64,000 nt of DNA, from assembly GCA_964537555.1 (NCBI GenBank), contig CAZIAD010000001.1:5732-69731 (forward strand), given 5' to 3'. Numbering within the stretch: position 1 is the stretch's first letter; every line of letters starts with the position of its first letter. Below, one piece after another: positions 18,485 to 27,377 of this stretch. The position numbers and the translations under genes are program-made. The notes beneath the pieces were generated by a model. The model was not told the DNA's origin. It made no database searches and saw only the letters and a list, made by a program, of their open reading frames with translations. The stretch comes from an uncultured Brevinematales bacterium (lineage in GTDB: Bacteria > Spirochaetota > Brevinematia > Brevinematales > CAYRWR01).

Positions 18485-19483
18485 TTATTTCTTTTCGAAT
18501 AAAGCGCGGATCTTTTTTCCCACGATCTCGATCTCGTGATTACCCAGCTCTTCCCGTTTCTTGAGCAGGACTTTCTTTCCGCTGCGAGCTTCTTCCAGCC
18601 ATTCTTTAGCGAACTGGCCGCTTTCGATACGCTTCAGAGATTCTTTCATGCGTACTTTTACGGAAGGATCGATGATGCGGGGTCCATTGTAGTATTCGCC
18701 CCACTCAGCAGTGTTGGAGATGACTGCATTCATCTTCTGGATACCGCCTTCGAAGATCAGGTCTACGATGAGCTTAAGCTCGTGCAGTACTTCAAAGTAT
18801 GCCATTTCGGGGGGATAACCGCCCTCTACCAGTACTTCAAAACCGTACTTGATAAGGTCTACGGTACCGCCGCACAGGACGTTCTGCTCACCAAACAGGT
18901 CTTCATAGGTCTCCTGTTCAAAAGTACATTCCAGTACACCGGCTCTGGTGAATCCCATAGCTTTAGCCATAGCCATGACTACATCTTTAGCCTTTCCGGT
19001 TGCATCCTGATGGACAGAGATCAGTCCGGGAACACCGAAACCTTCCAGATAAGCTTTGCGCTCTTCTGTAGCAGGTGACTTGGGAGCGACCATGATCACG
19101 TCTACATCTTTGGGTGCGACGATCTCTTTATATACGATATTGAAACCATGAGAGCAGCTCAGGGCATTTCCGGGTTTCATGTGTTTTGCGATCTGTTCTT
19201 TATAGACAGGCCCGTGGAATTCATCGGGAAGCAGGATATGGACGATATCTGCTTTTTCAGCTGCTTCATCGATAGTCATTACATCGAAGCCGTCAGCTTT
19301 AGCTCTTTCCCATGAGGGATTTACTTCACCACCCAGTTTAGGGGTTTCTCCGATAATCACTTTTACACCTGAATCTTTCATACAAAGAGCCTGGGCACTA
19401 CCCTGGCTACCATATCCGATTACTGCAACTATTTTGCCGTTGAGGACGTTTATATCCGCGTCAGCATCATGATAGATCTTCAT
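18485..19483 (-). CDS. ilvC: ketol-acid reductoisomerase (class I)
   Basis: 332 aa; 'KIVAVIGYGSQGSAQALCMKDSG' NADP-binding N-terminus. Confidence 0.9.
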   Translation of the reverse strand: MKIYHDADADINVLNGKIVAVIGYGSQGSAQALCMKDSGVKVIIGETPKLGGEVNPSWERAKADGFDVMTIDEAAEKADIVHILLPDEFHGPVYKEQIAKHMKPGNALSCSHGFNIVYKEIVAPKDVDVIMVAPKSPATEERKAYLEGFGVPGLISVHQDATGKAKDVVMAMAKAMGFTRAGVLECTFEQETYEDLFGEQNVLCGGTVDLIKYGFEVLVEGGYPPEMAYFEVLHELKLIVDLIFEGGIQKMNAVISNTAEWGEYYNGPRIIDPSVKVRMKESLKRIESGQFAKEWLEEARSGKKVLLKKREELGNHEIEIVGKKIRALFEKK

Positions 19484-19676
19484 GTATTGCCTCCTGTTTG
19501 TTTAAAATGGACTAATTTTAGGGATAATTATAGCATAATAGCGAATTATTGTCCAGAACAGGGTGTGGAGTTGACTCATTTTTTAATGCTTAAATCCACT
19601 TAATTATAAGGCTATCCAGTAATTGACAGATACGGCCTTTGATAATATAGTATGGCTGAAATTCGGGAGGTGCACT

Positions 19677-20075
19677 ATGGCAGACAAGGAACTCAGTTTT
19701 AAAAAAGGGGAGAAGATCATACAGGCCGGCGAAAAAGAGCAGCGTATGTACATCATAAAAAGAGGGGATGTGGAAGTATCCATGACTGAGGATATGAAGA
19801 AAGTAGTCCTGGCTAAACTTAAAAGGGATGACTTTTTTGGAGAGATGTCCCTCTTTAACAAGACTCCGCGTAGTGCCGATGCTACTGCTTTAAGCGATAC
19901 TATCGTAGTATGTATTGAAAACCAGAGGGAACTGGATAAATACCTCAGTGAAAATCCCCGTTTTTCCAACCAGATGGTACAGATCCTGGTCTCCCGGCTG
20001 GCCAAGACCAATGAACTGTTAAAAAAAGAGATGATAGGTAAAAGCCAGGCTACCCTGACCGGATTTATGTGGTAG
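19677..20075 (+). CDS. stand-alone cyclic-nucleotide-binding (cNMP) domain protein
   Basis: ORF 19623..20075; SD gggagg before internal ATG 19677; 'FFGEMSLFNKTPRSADATAL' cNMP-binding signature; no HTH domain. Confidence 0.65.
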   Translation: MADKELSFKKGEKIIQAGEKEQRMYIIKRGDVEVSMTEDMKKVVLAKLKRDDFFGEMSLFNKTPRSADATALSDTIVVCIENQRELDKYLSENPRFSNQMVQILVSRLAKTNELLKKEMIGKSQATLTGFMW

Positions 20076-20097
20076 CCAGATATCTTATTACAAATTC

Positions 20098-20123
20098 AGG
20101 CTGTCTTTAGGGCAGCCTTTTTA
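20098..20123. terminator. bidirectional rho-independent terminator
   Basis: hairpin aggctgtc-tttag-ggcagcct followed by ttttt. Confidence 0.7.
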
Positions 20124-21047
20124 TTTACCCTCAGAAGCAATCGTCTGGTAAAACTCTTCCAGAAACAAAGGCACATACTGACTATTGACCGCGGAGGCGT
20201 GGGGGAGAATCAATACCCCGGGATGCTGCCATAAAAGAGAGGATTCCGGCAGAGGCTCTTCGGCAAATACATCCAGTCCCGCCCCGGCAATGATCCCCTC
20301 TTCCAGGGCCCACAGCAGATCTTTTTCAATATAGCAATTACCCCGCCCCAGGTTGTAGATATAGCATCCCCGCTTCAGGAGGGAAAAGTCTTCACGGGTA
20401 AATATTCCCTGGGTTTCTTCACCCCCCGGCAGGATAAAAACCAGGTGGTCTATTTGCCCCAGCCTCTCTCTCAGAGCTTCCAGGGACAGTATCTCCTGTG
20501 CATCCCGGTCCAGAGCCGTATCACGGGGAGAACGTTTTACTCCCCACACAGTGGTCCCGAATCCCTGTAATACCCGGGCACAGTGCCGTCCAATAGCCCC
20601 ATAGCCCAGTATTGCCACTGTCTGATCTCTTAAGGGGACAGTGTGGGAAAGATGGCCTGGTTCCCACTGCCGGGCAGCCTGGAACTGGACACAGGCATTG
20701 ATGCGGCGGTTCCAGTACAGCATCATGGCCAGAAGAGTCTCCGACATGAGCAGGCCGTGAAAATGGCCGTGATGGACCTGTACCTGCCCCCTGGGGTCAG
20801 ACTCCACCCAGTCCCGTCCTGCGGCCGGAGTATAGATAGCCTGCAGCCGGGGGGCCAGGGTGTACCAGTCCTGCTTCATGGTCCACAGGATACACATCTC
20901 TGCCTCGGGCAGGGCTGCCAGAAAATCCTGCTTGCTGGTGACATGGGTAATAGTCCAGTCCGGGAAGTGAGACTGGATGTCAGACACCTGGGCAGGAGTG
21001 ATGGTAAATGCCTGTACCCGGTTTTTCAGATAGATGAGCAGATGCAT
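20121..21047 (-). CDS. D-isomer-specific 2-hydroxyacid dehydrogenase family, NAD-binding
   Basis: 308 aa; GxGxxG 'ILGYGAIGRHCARVL', conserved catalytic His region 'LPHASAVN'. Confidence 0.8.
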   Translation of the reverse strand: MHLLIYLKNRVQAFTITPAQVSDIQSHFPDWTITHVTSKQDFLAALPEAEMCILWTMKQDWYTLAPRLQAIYTPAAGRDWVESDPRGQVQVHHGHFHGLLMSETLLAMMLYWNRRINACVQFQAARQWEPGHLSHTVPLRDQTVAILGYGAIGRHCARVLQGFGTTVWGVKRSPRDTALDRDAQEILSLEALRERLGQIDHLVFILPGGEETQGIFTREDFSLLKRGCYIYNLGRGNCYIEKDLLWALEEGIIAGAGLDVFAEEPLPESSLLWQHPGVLILPHASAVNSQYVPLFLEEFYQTIASEGK

Positions 21048-21229
21048 AAAGGCCTCCTGTTTATGCTATAATGTAACCTGATTTGCATTATTTGTCTATC
21101 CACAAGCTATATTGCAGTATTATCATAGACCTTTGTCTTAGGAATTGCATATTTCAGCCTCTTCCCGCTTATAATTGTTTTTAACTCCCAGTGATGTTAT
21201 ATTATTTCAATGAATAGGGAGGTTTTCTC

Positions 21230-22603
21230 ATGTTAGTATTATTAGTGATCACAATCCTGATCTCATCTTGTGCCAGTCCCGCTCCGGACTTATTTGTAAT
21301 AGAAGATTATCCCTGTGTGACCAATACCGGGACCCGTTATTATGTGGATGCCAGCCTGGGCAGCGATTCTAATGACGGGAGTATAAGCTCCCCCTGGAAG
21401 ACTGTGGCTAAGGTCAATAGTTTTACCTTCAGCCCGGGTGATAATATACTCTTTAAAAAAGGGGAGCAATGGCGGGAAAGAATAATCCCCCAGTCCGGAT
21501 ACAGGACGGGCTGGCTGTTCTACGGCAGCTATGGTGCCGGAAGTGCTCCCACCTTCATCGGCTCGGTCAACCGCAGCCAGGCCAGTGACTGGACCGACAC
21601 CGGGGGCAATATCTGGACCTGTAATACCCCCACTTCTGAAGATATTGGAAATATCATCTTTAATAACGAGGCATCTGTGGGCTATAAAAAGTTCAGTGCC
21701 GGGGCATTGGTATCACAGGGGGATTTCTATTACAACCCCGCCAATGGTGTGCTCAGTCTGTACTCGGGGGGCAATCCCGGCTCAGTGTACACCGACATAG
21801 AATGCGCCCTGGCCCAGCACATGGTCTATATCCCCCACGGCACCTATCCTCATATAGGGGCAGTCAGTGTCAGCAACATCGTGTTCAAGGGCCTGGCCTT
21901 TAAGTACGGCGGGGCTTATGCCTTTAAGTTTCAGAGTGTGCACCACATCTTTGTGCTGGACAACGAGATCAGCTGGATGGGGGGCGGTGAAGTCGACGGC
22001 CAGGCAGATGTACGCTACGGCAACGGGGTGGAGTTCTTTGACTACGCCTATTACTGTAAGGCCAATGGAAACCGGATCTGGGAGATCTATGACTCCGGCC
22101 TGTCGGTGCAGGGAATAGAAAATGCCACAGCCGCAGTAGGCATAGAATTTAAAGACAATATCATCTGGAACTGCGCCTATGCCAGCTACGAACTGTGGTA
22201 TAAATACGGCAGCGGTGGTGAAGAATCTGTACTGTCTAAGATCACCTTTATCAATAATATATGTTCCAATGCCGGGGGAGGCTGGGGTAGTCAGCGTCCG
22301 GGTAACGGGGGATTTCATGTCCTCATGGACCGCACCCTGGCCCAGAGTTCTCAAATCGTGATCAGCAATAACAGCTTTGTCAATACCGGGACGGTGATGC
22401 TGGCCGTAAATCAGGACTTCGACAATCTCTCTTCAGTACTGATGGATTACAACTCCTACAGTTCTCCCACCAATGCTTTATTGTACTATTACTTCAGCAC
22501 TGCAGGCGGGTCTCCGGTAGTAGTCCAGCAGTACCAGCTGTCCCAGTCCAACAGCTACCAGGCATTTAGCGGGAAGGATGCTCATTCCCGCTTTAGTTAT
22601 TAA
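21230..22603 (+). CDS. secreted/lipoprotein right-handed parallel beta-helix (pectate-lyase-fold) protein
   Basis: 457 aa; lipobox ILISSCAS; repeated 'N-x-I/V-x-N' beta-helix rungs (NNICSNAGGG, ISNNSFVNTG). Confidence 0.55.
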   Translation: MLVLLVITILISSCASPAPDLFVIEDYPCVTNTGTRYYVDASLGSDSNDGSISSPWKTVAKVNSFTFSPGDNILFKKGEQWRERIIPQSGYRTGWLFYGSYGAGSAPTFIGSVNRSQASDWTDTGGNIWTCNTPTSEDIGNIIFNNEASVGYKKFSAGALVSQGDFYYNPANGVLSLYSGGNPGSVYTDIECALAQHMVYIPHGTYPHIGAVSVSNIVFKGLAFKYGGAYAFKFQSVHHIFVLDNEISWMGGGEVDGQADVRYGNGVEFFDYAYYCKANGNRIWEIYDSGLSVQGIENATAAVGIEFKDNIIWNCAYASYELWYKYGSGGEESVLSKITFINNICSNAGGGWGSQRPGNGGFHVLMDRTLAQSSQIVISNNSFVNTGTVMLAVNQDFDNLSSVLMDYNSYSSPTNALLYYYFSTAGGSPVVVQQYQLSQSNSYQAFSGKDAHSRFSY

Positions 22604-22608
22604 ACAAT

Positions 22609-22638
22609 CAAGCCCGTCTGATAAAACAGACGGGCTTG
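22609..22638. terminator. bidirectional rho-independent terminator
   Basis: 12-bp stem caagcccgtctg-ataaaa-cagacgggcttg. Confidence 0.75.
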
Positions 22639-22660
22639 ATCTTAAACTGAATTGAGATCG

Positions 22661-23446
22661 TTATAGAGTCGCTGGAACAGGGAAATAATCTGTTTCCTGT
22701 ACAGGTGCAGACACATAAGGCTGTACATTAGAGATAAACATGCCTTCTGTCATATCAGACTGCCGGAACCGTATAAAAGTATCATCATCAAATACCAGTA
22801 CAAAATGGGTCTCATCCAGGATAGCGCCGTTGGGGGCAATATAATGGGACACCCGGTATACCGCCTTTACTTCATTATATTCCAGGTGTTTTTCCTTAAG
22901 CTGAAAATACGCATTCTGCCTCAATCCGGTTTTTTCAAATGAAGTATACTGATTCAGGCCCAGGATAATAAATACCAGCATCACAGGTACCAGTACATGA
23001 AATATCACTTTTACCACCTTCAGTACATCCAGGGGCATCCATGCTTCATCGACTGTTAAATACAATGCATAATATGCGGGATACACTAACTTTAAAGAAA
23101 GAAGTGCCAGGTAATAGGCAAAAGGAAAAGCCAGGAATATCCCTGCTACCATCCAGTAAGCCGGATCGACACGGATCATAAAAATACACTCCTTCCATGC
23201 GGGGTCATTTAAGGCTGCAATCCAGGCCAGGCCCCTGCTGAACAACAGGATCAGCAGTACCATAGCGATGATGGCAGTCAGGACGACCTGAACATTCATA
23301 CGGGACCTGACAGACTTTTCTATTGCCTTTTTATCCTCTTTATGTGGCCGTGGTCTCAGACTTACCAACAGGGGAAGGGCCCAGGCAGGATATAAGGCCA
23401 AAACAACAACAAAGATCCAGCAGTATTGATTCATACATTTCTCCAA
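22661..23446 (-). CDS. integral membrane protein of unknown function
   Basis: 261 aa; 4-5 predicted TM helices then soluble C-terminal domain. Confidence 0.5.
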   Translation of the reverse strand: MEKCMNQYCWIFVVVLALYPAWALPLLVSLRPRPHKEDKKAIEKSVRSRMNVQVVLTAIIAMVLLILLFSRGLAWIAALNDPAWKECIFMIRVDPAYWMVAGIFLAFPFAYYLALLSLKLVYPAYYALYLTVDEAWMPLDVLKVVKVIFHVLVPVMLVFIILGLNQYTSFEKTGLRQNAYFQLKEKHLEYNEVKAVYRVSHYIAPNGAILDETHFVLVFDDDTFIRFRQSDMTEGMFISNVQPYVSAPVQETDYFPVPATL

Positions 23447-23497
23447 AAAAATTAAGAATAAAACCCTGATTTTGTACTTAATAGGTCCATAAAATTT

Positions 23498-24562
23498 CTA
23501 TTTTCCCACTTTATCCATATTCAACAGTAAAAATCTTTGGCTTCTGATGTTTTTACTATTCCCATCCACTGTAATAGTGAGAGTGTCACTGAATAATGAC
23601 TCTGTTTTTTTAGTCTTTGAATCCGTCCATCCCCCATCCGAGGTATAGGCATTATGGGCTTCCCAGTACCTTTTGCTGCTTTCTGTGTGCAGGCCGTAGA
23701 TCTTCAGCACTATTTTATTTCCGGACTGGGAGGCTATACTCCAGTTCCCTTTGAATACATCCTCAAACACATCATATTCTACTTTGAATCCCCCATTGTT
23801 GTCGAGGTCTTTAAACAGCTCCCTGATCTCACTTTCGGGCTGAGTAGAGTTCCACTGGCTGATCTCTATCTTAAAGCTGCCCGTAGAGCTAAAGTAAGCT
23901 TTGTAGCTTTTTTTATTCTTAATGTCTGGGTGAGTTGATTTTTCCTCTTTCACTATATCGGTATCCAGGGCTGCTGTAAAGGGATGCTTAGCCAGCTGTT
24001 CCCTGAAGTACTGCCTCAGTTCATCCTCAAAAGAAGTCTGTAATTCCCGGTAGCTGCTGTCATCTCCCAACTTGATCTCAGATATACAGGTATCCTGATA
24101 CTGGGTCCCGGGGTAGACTGAGTCTATTCTGATCTCGATAGTCCTGACCCCTGCCTGAAATCCCAGAGGCACTGCCTGGTATTCCATATTATCCTTGAGG
24201 GTCTTTTTTATGATCTCGGTGCCATTTATAGTAACAGTAATGGCCCGGGGACGGCTGTTTTTAGTAAAATGGGAGGCTGACCTCTGGTAGCCATTGGCTA
24301 TGTAGAGCACCGAGATGTCCTGGCTCTGCTCCAGGGTGATCTTGATAGTACTGCCTATGCCCTGTCCCCGGTCCCCTTCTACCCAGGCCCGGAACAGACT
24401 GTCATCACACAGAAATCCTGCACCATAAGAGCTGAAAGGATCCAGGGTTGAGCTGGCTGTGATGGTAGCCCGGACAGAGCCGGTATACTCCAGGTTTTCC
24501 AGTGTCATTGGATAGACGCGGGAGATCATTAACACCGAAAGAATAAAGACGAACTGTTTCAT
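23498..24562 (-). CDS. secreted protein with N-terminal discoidin/galactose-binding-like domain
   Basis: 354 aa; signal peptide; 'DDSLFRAWVEG...GIGSTIKITL...YIANGY...ISEIKL' jelly-roll pattern. Confidence 0.5.
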   Translation of the reverse strand: MKQFVFILSVLMISRVYPMTLENLEYTGSVRATITASSTLDPFSSYGAGFLCDDSLFRAWVEGDRGQGIGSTIKITLEQSQDISVLYIANGYQRSASHFTKNSRPRAITVTINGTEIIKKTLKDNMEYQAVPLGFQAGVRTIEIRIDSVYPGTQYQDTCISEIKLGDDSSYRELQTSFEDELRQYFREQLAKHPFTAALDTDIVKEEKSTHPDIKNKKSYKAYFSSTGSFKIEISQWNSTQPESEIRELFKDLDNNGGFKVEYDVFEDVFKGNWSIASQSGNKIVLKIYGLHTESSKRYWEAHNAYTSDGGWTDSKTKKTESLFSDTLTITVDGNSKNIRSQRFLLLNMDKVGK

Positions 24563-24644
24563 GACTTCCTCCTGATTTTAAATATTTTAATGTGCAACTA
24601 TACGCTTGTCTAATATCAATACAGTCACTCGTGTTAGCATGATT

Positions 24645-24673
24645 AAAAAACCCGCCTCCACAGGGAGACGGGC
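24645..24673 (-). terminator. rho-independent terminator after ilvH
   Basis: hairpin cccgcctcc-acag-ggagacggg with T-run on the minus strand. Confidence 0.6.
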
Positions 24674-24700
24674 TAAAATCAGTCCATTATACTACGACAC

Positions 24701-25189
24701 TTAACCCCGCATGAGTGCTACTTTACCGGTGCGGGCCATTTCCTTGATCTCATAATCCTTGAGCAGGTTGACGATGGCATCGATCTTATTGGAATTTCCA
24801 GTGACCTCGATAGCAATAATATCCTGGGATATATCTACCACATGGCCTTTGAAAATATCCGCGATCTCGATGATCTCTTTCCGCTTCTGGGGATCTATGT
24901 TGACCTTGATCAGGGCCAGCTCCCGGGAGATATAGTCGGTATCCGTGAGGTCACGGACCTTGATGACCTCTATCAGCTTATTGAGCTGCTTTTTTACCTG
25001 GTCGATAATGCGGTCGTCTCCCTCTACTACGATAGTCATAATAGAAGCGGTGGGGTCCTCAGTCTCAGACACAGTCAGCGAAGCGATGTTATATCCCCGG
25101 GCTGAAAACAGTCCGGATATACGGGACAGGACTCCAAAGTGGTTTTCGACCAGAACGGATAGTGTGTGCCTGTTGGTATCTTTTATCAT
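24701..25189 (-). CDS. ilvH: acetolactate synthase small (regulatory) subunit
   Basis: ORF 24701..25267; functional start at the Met overlapping the ilvB stop (ATGA); ACT-domain 'HTLSVLVENHFGVLSRISGLFSARGYNI'. Confidence 0.85.
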   Translation of the reverse strand: MIKDTNRHTLSVLVENHFGVLSRISGLFSARGYNIASLTVSETEDPTASIMTIVVEGDDRIIDQVKKQLNKLIEVIKVRDLTDTDYISRELALIKVNIDPQKRKEIIEIADIFKGHVVDISQDIIAIEVTGNSNKIDAIVNLLKDYEIKEMARTGKVALMRG

Positions 25190-26916
25190 GCCATCCCTCC
25201 TATAACCTGAGTCAGACTGGCTCCGGCAGGAACCATGGGGAATACATTTTCTGTGGTATCGGTCCATACATCCATGAGGTAAGGGCCTTTGTGAGCCAGC
25301 ATCTCTTTGTAGGCATCTTCCAGTTCTTCGGGTTTAGTGACCCTGCGGGACTTGATGCCGTAGGCTTCACCCAGTTTTACAAAGTCGGGGTAATACTCCC
25401 CGGTCGGTGCGGTGTCCTTGCCTTTACCCAGCAGTACTCCGGAATAGCGGTTCTCATAGAACAGCTGCTGCCACTGCCGTACCATACCCAGATACTGGTT
25501 ATTCAGGATGATGATCTTGATATCAATATCATAAGTACTTACGGTTGCCAGCTCCTGAACATTCATCTGTATGGAACCGTCACCGGCTACACAGATGACT
25601 GTCTCTTTGGGCAGGGCTACCTTGGCCCCGATAGCCGCGGGCAGGGCGAATCCCATAGTCCCCAGTCCACCGGAGTTGATCCACTTATGGGTGTCTTTAA
25701 ACTGGTAGTACTGGGCTAGCCACATCTGGTGCTGTCCTACGTCACCGACTACGATTGCATCGGAGTGAGTGACCTTGTCCAGCAGCTCGACGGCATACTG
25801 GGGCTTTATGATCTCGGTGGAGTTTTTGTATCCCATGGGATGCTCTTTTTTCCAGTCTTTGATCTGGGCCTTCCAGTCGTCGATCTTCGCTTCTTTGACG
25901 ATCTTATTCAGTTCTTTGAGCACTTCTTTTACATCTCCGACTATGGGTATGTCTACCTTTACAGTCTTGGAGATAGAGGCAGGATCGATGTCGATATGGA
26001 TGATCTTGGCAAAGGGTGCGAATTCATCGATCTTACCGGTAACACGGTCGTCGAAACGACTGCCGATGGCTATGATAAGGTCTGAATGGGAGATAGCATA
26101 GTTAGCATAGACGGTACCATGCATACCCAGCATTCCCAGGTAGTGTTCATCATCATAGACATTAGGATAGGCTCCCAGCCCCATCAGGGTAGAAGTCACA
26201 GGGATCTTGGTCTTTTTGACCAGTTCCTTGAGCTCTTCCTGGGCACGGGACAGTACCACACCACCGCCATAGTAGATGATAGGCTTTTTAGCTTCGGCGA
26301 TCATATCCGCTGCTTTTTTGACCTGTCCGGCGTGGGGCTTGGTACTGGGTTTGTAGTTGCGCAGCTCGACGGTATCGGGCCATACGACTTCTACTTTTGC
26401 GTTCTGGACATCCTTGGGTATATCGATCAGTACAGGGCCGGGACGTCCGGTAGAGGCGATGTGAAAGGCCTCCTTGACGATGCGGGGAATGTCCGCCGCA
26501 TCCTTGATCAGGTAGTTGTGCTTGGTCACAGGGCGGGTGATGCCTGTGATGTCTGCTTCCTGAAATGCGTCGCTGCCGATGGCATAGGTAGGTACCTGTC
26601 CGGTGATAGCGACTATGGGAATGGAATCCATGTTGGCTGTGGCCAGTCCGGTAACGAGGTTGGTCGCTCCGGGCCCACTGGTGGCCAGACATACACCGAC
26701 TTTACCGGTGGCTCTGGCGAATCCTTCCGCATTATGAGCACTGCCCAGTTCGTGACGAACCAGGTAGAGATCGATGTCTTTGGCATCATAGAGTACATCA
26801 AAGATAGGTATGACTGACCCTCCGGGGTATCCGAAGATGGCAGTGACCTTTTCCCGTCTCAAGCTTTCGATGAGTAATTGTGCGCCTGTCATTTCCACTT
26901 TCTTTCTCCTTAACAT
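25186..26916 (-). CDS. ilvB: acetolactate synthase large (catalytic) subunit, biosynthetic type
   Basis: 576 aa; TPP-binding 'GDGSIQMNVQEL', FAD-binding region; the true start may be the internal Met (MTGAQLL, 26892). Confidence 0.9.
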   Translation of the reverse strand: MLRRKKVEMTGAQLLIESLRREKVTAIFGYPGGSVIPIFDVLYDAKDIDLYLVRHELGSAHNAEGFARATGKVGVCLATSGPGATNLVTGLATANMDSIPIVAITGQVPTYAIGSDAFQEADITGITRPVTKHNYLIKDAADIPRIVKEAFHIASTGRPGPVLIDIPKDVQNAKVEVVWPDTVELRNYKPSTKPHAGQVKKAADMIAEAKKPIIYYGGGVVLSRAQEELKELVKKTKIPVTSTLMGLGAYPNVYDDEHYLGMLGMHGTVYANYAISHSDLIIAIGSRFDDRVTGKIDEFAPFAKIIHIDIDPASISKTVKVDIPIVGDVKEVLKELNKIVKEAKIDDWKAQIKDWKKEHPMGYKNSTEIIKPQYAVELLDKVTHSDAIVVGDVGQHQMWLAQYYQFKDTHKWINSGGLGTMGFALPAAIGAKVALPKETVICVAGDGSIQMNVQELATVSTYDIDIKIIILNNQYLGMVRQWQQLFYENRYSGVLLGKGKDTAPTGEYYPDFVKLGEAYGIKSRRVTKPEELEDAYKEMLAHKGPYLMDVWTDTTENVFPMVPAGASLTQVIGGMA

Positions 26917-27060
26917 TAAAAAAGAAATGCCTTATATTTTCTAACACATTGGCTTACTTGTCAATTATTGGGCTGGTATAGGCCCCTAAATCTATGCGCT
27001 TCAGGCCTTTACCATGAATCTGAGGGCAGAATGGACTCCTTGCCTCATAATTTCCTCCTT

Positions 27061-27093
27061 AAAAAGAAAAACCCCGTCTTCTGTAAAGACGGG
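27061..27093 (-). terminator. attenuator (rho-independent) terminator between leader peptide and ilvB
   Basis: minus-strand hairpin ccccgtctt-tacag-aagacgggg followed by tttttcttttt. Confidence 0.75.
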
Positions 27094-27117
27094 GTCGAAA
27101 TTTTCCACTTATTGTTT

Positions 27118-27216
27118 TCTAAACAACACCCGCCAGGCCATTCACTACGACTACCACCACTACGACAACTACAAGAAGAACATCAGCGATGCAAAAGCGG
27201 GTTAATAATGCTTTCA
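27118..27216 (-). CDS. ivbL: ilvB leader peptide, Val-rich (MKALLTRFCIADVLLVVVVVVVVVVNGLAGVV)
   Basis: 32-codon ORF with 10 consecutive Val codons, SD aagga 7 nt upstream, followed by the terminator hairpin; resembles E. coli ivbL (…AAVVVVRVVVVVGNAP). Confidence 0.75.
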
Positions 27217-27241
27217 TTATTTTTCCTTGGTTTAGTAAATA

Positions 27242-27270
27242 ATAATAACATTCCTACAGATTTGTGTCAA
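27242..27270 (-). promoter_or_regulatory. sigma70-like promoter for the ilv leader (TTGACA-17-TATTAT)
   Basis: minus-strand TTGACA at 27265-27270 and TATTAT at 27242-27247, about 25 nt upstream of leader ATG. Confidence 0.55.
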
Positions 27271-27330
27271 CATTTAACTGAAACTATACGTGTACTGTTG
27301 CTTAGTAAATACAGTTAGACTTTTATTAAA

Positions 27331-27360
27331 TAAAAACTCCGGTGAGGTTTCACCGGAGTC
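27331..27360 (-). terminator. rho-independent terminator after the outer-membrane protein gene
   Basis: hairpin actccggtga-ggttt-caccggagt, T-run on minus strand. Confidence 0.65.
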
Positions 27361-27377
27361 TTTAGTTTACACTTAGA

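Noticed and set aside
16716-27093. Recurrent 'cccgtct...agacggg' stems in several intrinsic terminators (16720, 18443, 22613, 24655, 27072)
   Set aside because: Similar GC-rich stems may just reflect terminator sequence preference in this genome rather than a mobile repeat family. Noted but not called as a repeat.
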